Source: an uncultured virus (IMG/VR IMGVR_UViG_3300009702_000024)
Lineage: Duplodnaviria; Heunggongvirae; Uroviricota; Caudoviricetes
IMG/VR virus record: IMGVR_UViG_3300009702_000024
Direction: 5' to 3' (one strand)
DNA: 20,000 nt
Position 1 is the stretch's first letter; the number at the start of each line of letters is the position of its first letter. Below the pieces are notes generated by a model. The model saw only the letters and a list, made by a program, of their open reading frames with translations. It did no database searches and was not told the origin of the DNA. The position numbers and the translations under genes were made by a program. Positions 1-8,540 of the stretch are shown in pieces.

Positions 1-1231
1 CTGAAGGTCTAGCTACATAGAAGTTACTCGTCTTATCTCTTAGTAATTGACATCCGGGCGGTCTTCGTGGATTTGTTTGTGTTGGTACTACAAAGACATT
101 CATATTTCTTTCTAACTCGTAATAATTGTTTGGTGCGTTGTCCTCTTCGTCATTCATAGCAAAACGTATGAAGAGAGCTATCTCTTCAAGTGTGAAATTT
201 TTATGAAGAAGATAACGAGATATGAGTACTCTATTCCAGTGCTGAGGTGTGTTCTTGACAAACGCTCGTTTAATGCACGGTGGAGTTTCTTCAACATCTC
301 CAGTCAATTTCTCTTTGATAGAAAGGATAATATTTTTCTGATGAACATCCAGTGTTTCAAATGGCAGTGGTACATTGAGTGTTACATATTCACGCACATA
401 CTTACTCTTATCTATCGTCTGAATTGACTGTGTGTCTACAAGCACATCGCCAGTTTTCAGCACATCGATAGTTTCATACGGTATATTGAAATCAATAATC
501 TTACAATACTGTAATTCAGTGTTTCTTATACTTGCTTTTATGTCAATGACAGTGGGATCTTTTCTTGTGAACAGAATTGGAGCACATATGTAAATATTTG
601 GCATGATTTTTGTGTAGGGAGAATAAGGCATTCTAAACACATGAACTCCTTTTTTCATGATCATGTGCCGATCTATAACAACTTCAAGCTTGTGCTCATC
701 AACAGTTATCCAGCGAGTAATTCCTCTTTTGTAGTCGTGCCAATCTTCACAGTATGTGTCTACTTTATGGTTCTTTTGGCATTTATTCACTATCTTCCAC
801 ACTTTTTTGTACAAATTAGCTTTGGATATATTTGGAAATATTTTACGTACCATATAGCCACCTTTTCCACTCAAATAACAGAAGAAATTAGGATCTTTGT
901 CAAGAATACTTTGCATTGCTGTCAATGCAGTTTTCAATTGTAAGTGTCGTAATTTAGAATTTGTTAGTACCATACGAGTATTGTTAGAAGGGTAAATATC
1001 CATATCAAACACGAACATAGTATGATCCTTTCCCTCCACAGATCGAAATGCGGAAGTATTTAGAGTGAAATTAGCACTGTCAGTTTTCCACGATTTATCT
1101 GTGAATTTCTCGTGACCTTTCCCATCGGGAATAGCATTCACATAATTTACAGCGTTTCTAAGTAACTGTTGAGTACCATCCAATTTCATAGCTTGTTTGA
1201 CAATGTGATAAAGTTTTGATCCTTCGACCAT
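1..1231 (-). CDS. Fused primase: archaeo-eukaryotic primase (PriS-like) catalytic domain plus PriL-like C-terminal domain; 3' end runs off the window (>=410 aa)
   Basis: Not in the ORF track. Manual translation from ATG at 1231 is open to the window edge: MVEGSKLYHIVKQ...TMFVFDMDIYP (motif I hhhDhD, ~998-1016)...FCYLSGKGGYMV (motif II-like)...EVVIDRH...HVFRMPYSPY (motif III and RxPxS)...TPPCIKRAF..QHWNRVLISRYLLHKNFTLEEIALF...RRPPGCQLLR (PriL-CTD pattern). A TATA-like element lies ~25 nt upstream. Confidence 0.85.
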   Translation of the reverse strand, partial: MVEGSKLYHIVKQAMKLDGTQQLLRNAVNYVNAIPDGKGHEKFTDKSWKTDSANFTLNTSAFRSVEGKDHTMFVFDMDIYPSNNTRMVLTNSKLRHLQLKTALTAMQSILDKDPNFFCYLSGKGGYMVRKIFPNISKANLYKKVWKIVNKCQKNHKVDTYCEDWHDYKRGITRWITVDEHKLEVVIDRHMIMKKGVHVFRMPYSPYTKIMPNIYICAPILFTRKDPTVIDIKASIRNTELQYCKIIDFNIPYETIDVLKTGDVLVDTQSIQTIDKSKYVREYVTLNVPLPFETLDVHQKNIILSIKEKLTGDVEETPPCIKRAFVKNTPQHWNRVLISRYLLHKNFTLEEIALFIRFAMNDEEDNAPNNYYELERNMNVFVVPTQTNPRRPPGCQLLRDKTSNFYVARPS

Positions 1232-1251
1232 ATACTTCTTTTAGAGTAACC

Positions 1252-1268
1252 AAAATATATATGTTTTT
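1252..1268 (-). promoter_or_regulatory. Archaeal TATA-box promoter of the primase gene (leaderless spacing)
   Basis: Minus strand reads AAAAACATATATATTTT, with the TATA-like element ~23-31 nt upstream of ATG 1231. Confidence 0.55.
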
Positions 1269-1377
1269 GTAGCCACTAATAAAATTAGTAGTAAATAGAA
1301 CTTTTTGATAGTACTATACTACAATTGAACTATTGTGAAAGAAAACAATAAATGCATTTGATAGTAAACAATAAAAA

Positions 1378-1443
1378 TAGTAACCTTTATAATGGGTGAA
1401 ATCTAAAGAAATATGCTACCGGAATGGTAGATCAGAAAGGTGA
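1378..1443 (+). promoter_or_regulatory. TATA box (TTTATAA, 1386-1392) and archaeal-type SD (AAGGTGA, 1437-1443)
   Basis: Seen directly. The SD lies 4 nt before ATG 1448, which supports MSEEQ as the start. Confidence 0.6.
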
Positions 1444-1447
1444 CAAC

Positions 1448-2599
1448 ATGTCAGAAGAACAAGATCAAGTTAAAAAAGAGATCCCAAAAGAAGAGACTCT
1501 TTTTCTGAAAAATACATCATTTGATGAATTGAAATCTACAACAATCAATTTATTTAATGATGCCGAAACTGCACTTCTCACGAGAGAAGCTAACAGAGAT
1601 ACATTGGACAAGATAATTAAAAATTATCTATCAAATCAACTGTTCCATAATTATAGTATTGATAAAGTTATTCCAGCCATCAGAGATCAGTTCAAAAGAG
1701 AAGCACTGAGCGGATCAATTTCTACACTTCTATATGTCGGAGGTGCTGATTTTCTTGAGTCGTCAAGACAAAATCCAAGAAGACAGTCAGCACTTTTTAT
1801 TCATGTGAAGGATGGACAGCTCGATCCAAATGGAGAACCCGGTTCTGGTGGTTTCTTCGACACATATGTTTGGGGATCCACACCACGAGAGAATGTGTCA
1901 GACAGATTTGAAGCTGGATCATCTTACGATTTGAAAATTACTGAAACTCTATCTCAAAGACAAGATGGGACACCAGTAACCTATTACAACATTAAAGATT
2001 ATCGTTACATTAAAGACGAAAGTGAAAATTTGGTAAAAATATTGGAAGAGACACCAACCCTAAATAAATTGCTCAGAGAAAATCTTGGTGAAACTGGAAC
2101 TTTCACACAAGAGTACATGGAAATTCTTAGGAGTAGTGCATCTTTTTCATTCGTTGCTCTTAAAATGCGTATTACTACAGTGTACTCTCACCGTCAAGGA
2201 GAACGAGTACAAGAAAATGGAAAGTGGGTGAATGTTTTCAAAGATGACTCTCCATATCGATCAGTCGTTCAAAAGGATGATAGACTGGATAAGCGGTATC
2301 CATCGTTTAGTCTCAGTGGATATAGCAATATTGGTCAAGATAGATCAATTAGAGTTTTAGCTGGATTTTATCCACAGACATTAGGTCAGTTCTTTATCCA
2401 TTCTGACACCGTTCAAGCTCTTATAGATGATCCATCATTCTTGAAAGAGACTCCAGAACACCAGTCACAGTTCATGTCTGTGACTTTGAGTGGTAAAGAA
2501 TTCCTTATTGTTGGAAAACTAAAAGGTAATTTGAATGCTTCAGCTGACGAGAAGACATTGAATGTTGGACTCACAGCTATAGCTTTGATAGAGCTTTAA
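1448..2599 (+). CDS. Hypothetical protein, possibly an OB-fold ssDNA-binding/recombination protein
   Basis: Long ORF (track start 1424; the SD favours 1448). Beta-rich aromatic segments (FFDTYVWG...FEAGSSYDLKI...TYYNIKDY; FSLSG...IRVLAGFY...GKEFLIVGKL) resemble OB folds. It sits between the primase and the RecA-like ATPase. The CDS is secure; the product is tentative. Confidence 0.6.
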   Translation: MSEEQDQVKKEIPKEETLFLKNTSFDELKSTTINLFNDAETALLTREANRDTLDKIIKNYLSNQLFHNYSIDKVIPAIRDQFKREALSGSISTLLYVGGADFLESSRQNPRRQSALFIHVKDGQLDPNGEPGSGGFFDTYVWGSTPRENVSDRFEAGSSYDLKITETLSQRQDGTPVTYYNIKDYRYIKDESENLVKILEETPTLNKLLRENLGETGTFTQEYMEILRSSASFSFVALKMRITTVYSHRQGERVQENGKWVNVFKDDSPYRSVVQKDDRLDKRYPSFSLSGYSNIGQDRSIRVLAGFYPQTLGQFFIHSDTVQALIDDPSFLKETPEHQSQFMSVTLSGKEFLIVGKLKGNLNASADEKTLNVGLTAIALIEL

Positions 2600-2616
2600 A
2601 GGAGAGTTGAAATGGA

Positions 2617-2850
2617 ATGGATTTCGATATGAAGACTATATCAAAACAAAAAAAGTTGATTGATGATATGCTTGTAAATATTCATTCCAATTCATCCTTC
2701 TCGCATTTAATGTACACGAAGAACCCATATCGAAGTATTCTCGATCACGTGTATTCTCTTGGTGAAGATTTTTCTGATGTCCATGAAGCTATGAGTAAAC
2801 ATCGCATGTATACAGAGATTAAATTAAAACGAGTGAGAGCACAGAGATGA
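2617..2850 (+). CDS. Hypothetical protein (77 aa)
   Basis: ORF fills the gap in the operon; AAGGAG upstream at ~2599-2604. Confidence 0.65.
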   Translation: MDFDMKTISKQKKLIDDMLVNIHSNSSFSHLMYTKNPYRSILDHVYSLGEDFSDVHEAMSKHRMYTEIKLKRVRAQR

Positions 2851-2854
2851 GATA

Positions 2855-3670
2855 ATGCTAGGAAGCAACAAAAATTCTACCAAATCTATGGATCTGTTGG
2901 CAATGACAAGTCATGTTTCAGATAATGCATTGCATTCATTCATATTCATTTATGGCAAAGAAGGTAGTTCTACAACGACATTAGCTTACTCTATTTTGGG
3001 AGCAATCCCGAAAGACAAAAAGCTTTATGTCATTCTCACCGAACCACCTCATAACTCAACAGCACCTCTTTTAAAGCATTTTCCAGAGTATGCTGTTGAT
3101 GAACGAGTAATCTTCCCATCTAAAGACAATATTGTCCATCCTATTTCAAATAGACAACAGTTCCAATATTTTGTTTCACAAATTCTTTTAAAAGACGATG
3201 TGGGAGCAATACTGTTCGATGCTATTGACAGTTTACGGTTCATTCTCTACAATTATTATCTCAGCTCAAATACCAGTAATACACTCAAAGCTTGGGGGAA
3301 AGCTGATGATGATATAAATAGCAGTCTCATTCGTTTCGTGTCACTTCCTATTCCAAAAATTGTCATTATGAAAGAGAAAGCTGAGACAATTGTTGGAAAG
3401 GACAGTATGGGTAAAATGAAATTTGAGAAAACTGGAAATATAGTTCCAGCATTCAATTCTGAAAAAGTTCAACGGTGGGCTTCTATGAGATTTCATACAT
3501 TGAAAATCGGTGAGTATGAAGTTGTAAAAACGAAAGGTAATGTTAAAGTTGGTGAGAAATTTCGTTTTGGATTTGATATTCAGAAACGACAGACCGGTGT
3601 ATGGTTACCAGAAATGCTCAAGAAAATGCAAGTTTTATCTCCAAAAAGGATGACATTGGACAGTAAATAA
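2855..3670 (+). CDS. RecA-superfamily (Sak4/AAA_24/RadB-like) P-loop protein with degenerate Walker A
   Basis: IFIYGKEGSSTTTLAYS (Walker A position, GKT replaced by STT), LYVILTE (RecA-type Glu), ILFDAIDSL (Walker B), KIVIMKEK strand. Confidence 0.7.
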   Translation: MLGSNKNSTKSMDLLAMTSHVSDNALHSFIFIYGKEGSSTTTLAYSILGAIPKDKKLYVILTEPPHNSTAPLLKHFPEYAVDERVIFPSKDNIVHPISNRQQFQYFVSQILLKDDVGAILFDAIDSLRFILYNYYLSSNTSNTLKAWGKADDDINSSLIRFVSLPIPKIVIMKEKAETIVGKDSMGKMKFEKTGNIVPAFNSEKVQRWASMRFHTLKIGEYEVVKTKGNVKVGEKFRFGFDIQKRQTGVWLPEMLKKMQVLSPKRMTLDSK

Positions 3671-3674
3671 ATTA

Positions 3675-4298
3675 TTACTGTGTAGTATCATATTCAATTG
3701 GTTTATATTTTAATTTTTTAAACAATAACTTTTTTCGAGTTTTACTTCCATTAAATCTGATAAATCTGTGTTTGCGTGGTCGTTCAATTTGGTATAATCT
3801 ACTTCCATATTCTTCTTTTAATTCTTTTAATGTCTTACCTCTGAAAATATTTCGAGAGTGATTTAGACTGTCTTTAAGTCGCCACTCTTTATGCTTGTCA
3901 CTCAATCCGGTGTAAATGAATGACAGTGCTTTGTAAACAGTTCCTTTATGTCCTATTGATGTATCAGCATAGGAGACGATAATATCCTTGTCAGTTATCT
4001 GTTTTAGTAACTTGAATGTCCTTGAGACGAACCAGCTTTCTGTATTTTTTGGTGTAATATCTTCGATGAATAATCTAGTGAGTTCAATCACTCTTGAACT
4101 TTCTTCTTTTCCAGCTATCCCTTTACATAAAGCTGGAGATGCTGGTTTTCCATAAATACACACACCTATCAGTTCACTCTCATCAAAAAGACCGAACGAG
4201 AATACAGTAGAACATTTTCTTTTTAGATAATGTCGTTCTTTTTGCCAATTGTTTGCAATAGTATTTTTTATCTGTTTTACAATGTAACTATCTTTCAC
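3675..4298 (-). CDS. Mom-family GNAT DNA (adenine) modification enzyme
   Basis: HYL...FGLF...LIGVCIYGKPA...IELTRL...PKNTESWFVSR...IVSYADTSIGHKGTVYKALSFIYTG...KHRF matches the phage Mu Mom family pattern. Likely start is GTG at 4298, with a TATA-like TTTTATTA at ~4319-4327; the track start is 4346. Confidence 0.85.
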   Translation of the reverse strand: MKDSYIVKQIKNTIANNWQKERHYLKRKCSTVFSFGLFDESELIGVCIYGKPASPALCKGIAGKEESSRVIELTRLFIEDITPKNTESWFVSRTFKLLKQITDKDIIVSYADTSIGHKGTVYKALSFIYTGLSDKHKEWRLKDSLNHSRNIFRGKTLKELKEEYGSRLYQIERPRKHRFIRFNGSKTRKKLLFKKLKYKPIEYDTTQ

Positions 4299-4398
4299 AA
4301 TACAAAATAGATAACAGCTAATAAAAATATTATTACTTGTAAGCATACGAATGTATTAGCAAGGACAAGTTTTAATTATCTAAAAAGTATTGTACTGT

Positions 4399-4728
4399 AT
4401 GGACAATTCAGATGATAAAAATGTGGAATATTTAGATATGGTGGATCGTAAAAATCTTCTCAATCGACTGATTAATGGTGTATCTCCAGAACTATTAGAA
4501 GAAGAGTACTGTGTGAATATACCAAATGTCGTCACAGCTTACTATTCTTGTCCACATTGTCAAAAAGATTTTCCTATCAAGCTTATTACGCAAGACATAT
4601 CACGTAATACACGTTTTGTCAGATGCCCTAATTGTCGCACTAAATCATTTATTACCACATTACAGAAATCCACCAATGTCGTCACACGGAAACGAGCGAC
4701 AATCGATGATTTTTTCACAAACGAATGA
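4399..4728 (+). CDS. Zinc-ribbon protein
   Basis: CPHC...CPNC pairs; ATG at 4399 lies ~20 nt after TTTTAATTAT. Confidence 0.75.
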   Translation: MDNSDDKNVEYLDMVDRKNLLNRLINGVSPELLEEEYCVNIPNVVTAYYSCPHCQKDFPIKLITQDISRNTRFVRCPNCRTKSFITTLQKSTNVVTRKRATIDDFFTNE

Positions 4729-4787
4729 TACAAAAATAGTATTTGACAATAAAAACCTTAAAGTAGTGCATAATACTATATTACCAT

Positions 4788-5204
4788 ATGAATAATGAAA
4801 ATATTGAAATTGAAAAAAGAGAAGAAATACTAGACTCTGAAATTATACTTAGCATTCTCAAGAATATTTTTGATTTGCCAGAGAGAGGTGAGTCAAAAGC
4901 AGATCATGATAAATATCTTCTTGATATGTTAAAATTAGGAGGTCTCACTGAAAGACAAGCTATGTCTATAATTCTCTATGCTGATGGAATGTCAGTAAGT
5001 GACATTTCAATGGAGATCTCTAACTCACGATACACACAGAATATTTCGGCAGCATTGTCACAAGCAGTAGGTAAAATTCTCAAAGCAGTAACTATCTTTG
5101 AAGTTGTCCGATACGACAAGAATTTTATCGCTAAAGTATTCGAGCGAGGAGCTGCAATTCAATCGACATATAAAGCACTATTGAAACCAGAAAATAAAAA
5201 ATAG
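4788..5204 (+). CDS. Helix-turn-helix DNA-binding protein (sigma70 region 4/LuxR-like HTH)
   Basis: LTERQAMSIILYADGMSVSDISMEI...NISAALSQAVGKI pattern. Confidence 0.7.
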   Translation: MNNENIEIEKREEILDSEIILSILKNIFDLPERGESKADHDKYLLDMLKLGGLTERQAMSIILYADGMSVSDISMEISNSRYTQNISAALSQAVGKILKAVTIFEVVRYDKNFIAKVFERGAAIQSTYKALLKPENKK

Positions 5205-5207
5205 TGG

Positions 5208-5438
5208 ATGATAATTATGAAACGAAAATATATTGACCCAAGTGATTTTAATATTTCTGAAATAATTAATACTGGTATATTAGCAAGAGGGAGAATGGAT
5301 CTCCCATCCTCGTTGCATATGCTAGTTGGCAAATTTTCCCAAATTATAAATGATATTCTCAACGATATATACAATGAACTTGAGAACCCTTCAATAGATA
5401 CAGAAGAAGAAGACGAGGACAGCGATCTTTTTAGATAG
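5208..5438 (+). CDS. Hypothetical protein with acidic C-terminus
   Basis: ORF starts 3 nt after the HTH gene and ends DTEEEDEDSDLFR. Confidence 0.65.
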   Translation: MIIMKRKYIDPSDFNISEIINTGILARGRMDLPSSLHMLVGKFSQIINDILNDIYNELENPSIDTEEEDEDSDLFR

Positions 5439-5592
5439 AAAGAATATCATCCAGTGCTTTAATAAAAGATATTTTTCTCTTTTGTTCCATCTGCATCTTT
5501 GCAGCGTGATTTAATATCCGCTCATATGCTAATGGACTTATTCGTACTGATTTTGTTTCTAGTGGTGCTTTGGATATTGATTTACTTGTCAT
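5431..5592 (-). CDS. Small ribbon-helix-helix-like DNA-binding protein (53 aa)
   Basis: Below the ORF-track cutoff. MTSKSISKAPLETKSVRISPLAYERILNHAAKMQMEQKRKISFIKALDDILSI. It has its own SD (GAGGT, 5599-5603) and TATA (TTTATATA, ~5632-5639). The strand-helix-helix pattern TKSVRIS..AYE....ISF..ALD.IL is RHH-like. Confidence 0.7.
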   Translation of the reverse strand: MTSKSISKAPLETKSVRISPLAYERILNHAAKMQMEQKRKISFIKALDDILSI

Positions 5593-5731
5593 AATAATAC
5601 CTCTTTATTACTTGTATTACTTGTGGATACATATATAAATACTTCTATGTGTTTAATGCGATATTGCAGAATTATCATACAAACATAACAGCTTCAATAC
5701 TTTTTTATGCGATACTACTACAATTGGTAGT

Positions 5732-5944
5732 ATGGTATCTATAACAGAAATAGAAAACACAGATATATTCTGCGTAGAATGCGAACAAGTACATACTCTG
5801 AAAAATACAATTTCAGTACCATTTTTTATTAGTGGTAAATCTTATAAATGTCCAGTGACAAAATATGAAATTGCGAGAACATTCAAAGGAAAATTCGTCT
5901 ACTGGAACGGTAATAATTTTGTGAAGAAGGAGGTCAACAAATAA
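5732..5944 (+). CDS. Small putative Zn-binding protein
   Basis: CVEC...H...KCP; TATA-like TTTTTTAT ~24 nt upstream. Confidence 0.65.
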   Translation: MVSITEIENTDIFCVECEQVHTLKNTISVPFFISGKSYKCPVTKYEIARTFKGKFVYWNGNNFVKKEVNK

Positions 5945-6295
5945 ATGAGTAGCATGAGATGGAAATCTCTACCAGCTCCTTTTGAACATTATCGAATATA
6001 CGAGAATGGGAAGGTGGTGAACACCAGATACAAAAGAAATGGTTGCTACAGAGAATTGAAATCTATTCTCAATAAAAATGGTTATTGGTATATCGTGGCT
6101 TCAAATAATAAGCAAAGAAAAGCTTTTTTCATTCATCGTCTTATGTATACGGCATTCATTGGAGATATACCAGATGGATTTCAAATAAACCACCGAAATG
6201 ATAAATCTGATGATAATAGAATTGAAAATTTAGAACTGGTTTCTCAGAAGAAGAATTTAGAATATCGCTGGAAAAAGAGGCATAAAATTGAATAA
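5945..6295 (+). CDS. HNH homing-type endonuclease (NUMOD4-like N-terminus plus HNH_3)
   Basis: WKSLP..FEHYRIYENGKV...NKNGY...IHRLMYTAFIGDIPDGFQINHRNDKSDDNRIENLELVSQKKN; SD GGAGGT at ~5929-5934. Confidence 0.9.
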   Translation: MSSMRWKSLPAPFEHYRIYENGKVVNTRYKRNGCYRELKSILNKNGYWYIVASNNKQRKAFFIHRLMYTAFIGDIPDGFQINHRNDKSDDNRIENLELVSQKKNLEYRWKKRHKIE

Positions 6296-6475
6296 TTCAT
6301 TATTGTAGAATGATAATAAATGTGATGATTGTGACACATTAGCTGAGGATGGTGAATATCCACCCAAAGATATTCTTTCGATTATTCTTGATAAATATAA
6401 TACTAAACCAAAAATATTCGAATAAATTTATGCAAGGACAATAACCTTTTAATATGTAACAACATAATTGATATT

Positions 6476-7567
6476 ATGTTATTAGGGTTGACATTAAAAC
6501 ACCGAAAGTATAAGATTACTGTTCCATATTGGAAGAATCTCTTTTTCATCGAAGCTGAAGATGAAAAAAAAGCTCGATTAATAATAAACAATCTACTTGA
6601 AGGAAGCAGAGTATCTCAAGAGTATATCGTTGAGAAGATGACTGTTCTGGATGAACGTTCAGAATTGATAAGGCATTCAGACATTAGATGCCTTCTTACT
6701 GAGAACAGACGGGAGCATAAAAGTTGTGTTCACATGGCACACGATGCATTTTTTGCAATGTATCATAAGATAATGATCGATAAAGATACTGATAATCTAA
6801 AAGAAGCGGTCTATGGACTGATAAAAAATTTAATCTATTCGTTTTTAACTGGATACAGTACCGATGGAGATGTATTGCGTCAAAAGATATTCATATCACA
6901 TATTGAGCAAGAGACATTGATAGTTGATGAAAACTTCAAGTTCATTATTGCAAATGCAATACAACGATCTATATCGGACGAGGAAAGCAATAAAATTATA
7001 GATCCAAATGCAAGTCAAGATGAGAAAGAAATTATAATAAAGAAAGTTACAAATGAGCTTTATAATACAATACTTCTAAAGATGGACACTGTTCTCAACG
7101 AAATTATACTTTACAGACCAAACAAGACAATAGTTGACATATATAATATCCCCATTGTTCCATGCGATCCAAAAATTTGTAAAATTCCAGAAATAACTGA
7201 CATGAATGAAGTTATTGAGTACATTGGTACTCATAGAGATAGAATAGCAGTGCACGATGACATTACGGGAATAAAAGAAACTGTGTGGCTAAGTGATTTG
7301 CCACGTTACAAATACATACACTGGATATTCACTTTTATACTTAAAAAGAAATTACCAATAGCTCTTCATGGAAGAGATATAAAGACATCACCAACAATGA
7401 GGTATTGTTCTCATTGTGGAGATGTACCAATACGAGAATGTCATATCGATGAAGACAACAAGTATATTCATAGATGTGGTAACAATCTACGTAGTCTATG
7501 TTACTTATCAGAAGAAGACTACAATAAAATCAAAAAAGCATACAAAATAGAGGTAGAAAGAACATGA
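6476..7567 (+). CDS. Hypothetical protein with C-terminal Zn-finger (CSHC...HRC)
   Basis: 363-aa ORF; TTTTAATA ~24 nt upstream; no family recognised. Confidence 0.75.
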   Translation: MLLGLTLKHRKYKITVPYWKNLFFIEAEDEKKARLIINNLLEGSRVSQEYIVEKMTVLDERSELIRHSDIRCLLTENRREHKSCVHMAHDAFFAMYHKIMIDKDTDNLKEAVYGLIKNLIYSFLTGYSTDGDVLRQKIFISHIEQETLIVDENFKFIIANAIQRSISDEESNKIIDPNASQDEKEIIIKKVTNELYNTILLKMDTVLNEIILYRPNKTIVDIYNIPIVPCDPKICKIPEITDMNEVIEYIGTHRDRIAVHDDITGIKETVWLSDLPRYKYIHWIFTFILKKKLPIALHGRDIKTSPTMRYCSHCGDVPIRECHIDEDNKYIHRCGNNLRSLCYLSEEDYNKIKKAYKIEVERT

Positions 7568-7776
7568 CACCGGATGAACAAACAACACAACACTGGATAG
7601 CAGATGAATTGAAAAGACTTAGACAACTAAAAGTCTTAGAACTCAAATTACGAATACAAAAAGAAATCAAAGATATTGAGTTATACAATTTTGAAGGGCA
7701 CAAAGAAAAAGAAAACTACCAATACGATGTGTCCCAAATTCTTAAGGAGGTAAATTACATAAATGACCGAGAGTAA
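7564..7776 (+). CDS. Hypothetical protein (coiled-coil-like)
   Basis: ATGA overlap with the previous gene; SD GAGGT upstream. Confidence 0.65.
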   Translation: MTPDEQTTQHWIADELKRLRQLKVLELKLRIQKEIKDIELYNFEGHKEKENYQYDVSQILKEVNYINDRE

Positions 7777-7858
7777 AATAGACCCACTGACATTGGCAGT
7801 TATCACTGATCTGACCAATGTAATGTATATCGAGAACGAGGTCGAGAGTCATGATTAG
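7763..7858 (+). CDS. Small hypothetical protein (31 aa)
   Basis: MTESKIDPLTLAVITDLTNVMYIENEVESHD; strong SD AAGGAGGT at 7744-7751; bridges the flanking ORFs with short overlaps. Confidence 0.5.
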   Translation: MTESKIDPLTLAVITDLTNVMYIENEVESHD

Positions 7859-8042
7859 AATAGAACAAGATGGAGAATACTCTACTCTAACAGCACCGAG
7901 AAATTTCTTCCCGCTCGTCTGTATGCTCCTTGAAAATTTGACTGACGAGGATCTAGACAAATGGATAAATGACCATTATCCCATCACAAAGGATAGTATC
8001 CATGAAATTAGAAATGAAATAAGGAGGAATTTCTTTGATTAA
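7851..8042 (+). CDS. Hypothetical protein (63 aa)
   Basis: SD GAGGT upstream; overlaps neighbours in operon fashion. Confidence 0.6.
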   Translation: MIRIEQDGEYSTLTAPRNFFPLVCMLLENLTDEDLDKWINDHYPITKDSIHEIRNEIRRNFFD

Positions 8043-8526
8043 TAATCGAGATATACCATATATTAGACGGTTAGAGGATATTCGACAATTCTCTGAAAAA
8101 TATCTAAACATAAAACTTAATACGTTTCAACTGGAATTCTTGAGAGAAGACTATAAGATGAGACTGATGGGAAAGACTACCGCTGCAATCGTAGAGACAA
8201 TGTGGAAAGCTTATAATATGCCTCCTAATTCTCATCTGTACTTTGTGACTCACACTCGTGATATGAGTCAGAGAGCACTCAAATCAACAATCGAAATATT
8301 GACTAAAGCAAATCAGAAATATTTGAAATACAATTATGTGAATAATATTTTAGTGCTTGAAAATACAGTGACCATTCATTTCATATGGATAGACGACATA
8401 AAGGATGTCGTGTCAGATATGAAAGACAGTATTATTAAAAACGTTACAAGCATTAAATTCTATGAACGTAGAGGATTTAGTAGAGCAAGAGAAGATTATA
8501 CATTTGATCTTGATCAAATGTTCTAG
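8035..8526 (+). CDS. Terminase-large-subunit ATPase-like protein (N-terminal part, Walker A retained)
   Basis: FSEKYLNIKLNTFQLEFL...RLMGKTT resembles the adenine-binding Q motif and the RxxGKT Walker A of large terminases; no nuclease domain; TTG start with AGGAGG SD. Confidence 0.6.
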   Translation: MINNRDIPYIRRLEDIRQFSEKYLNIKLNTFQLEFLREDYKMRLMGKTTAAIVETMWKAYNMPPNSHLYFVTHTRDMSQRALKSTIEILTKANQKYLKYNYVNNILVLENTVTIHFIWIDDIKDVVSDMKDSIIKNVTSIKFYERRGFSRAREDYTFDLDQMF

Positions 8527-8540
8527 GAGAAATATAAAAC

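Noticed and set aside
203..943. Plus-strand ORFs 203-427 and 641-943 from the track
   Set aside because: They are antisense shadows of the primase gene, which occupies 1-1231 on the minus strand and has clear motifs.
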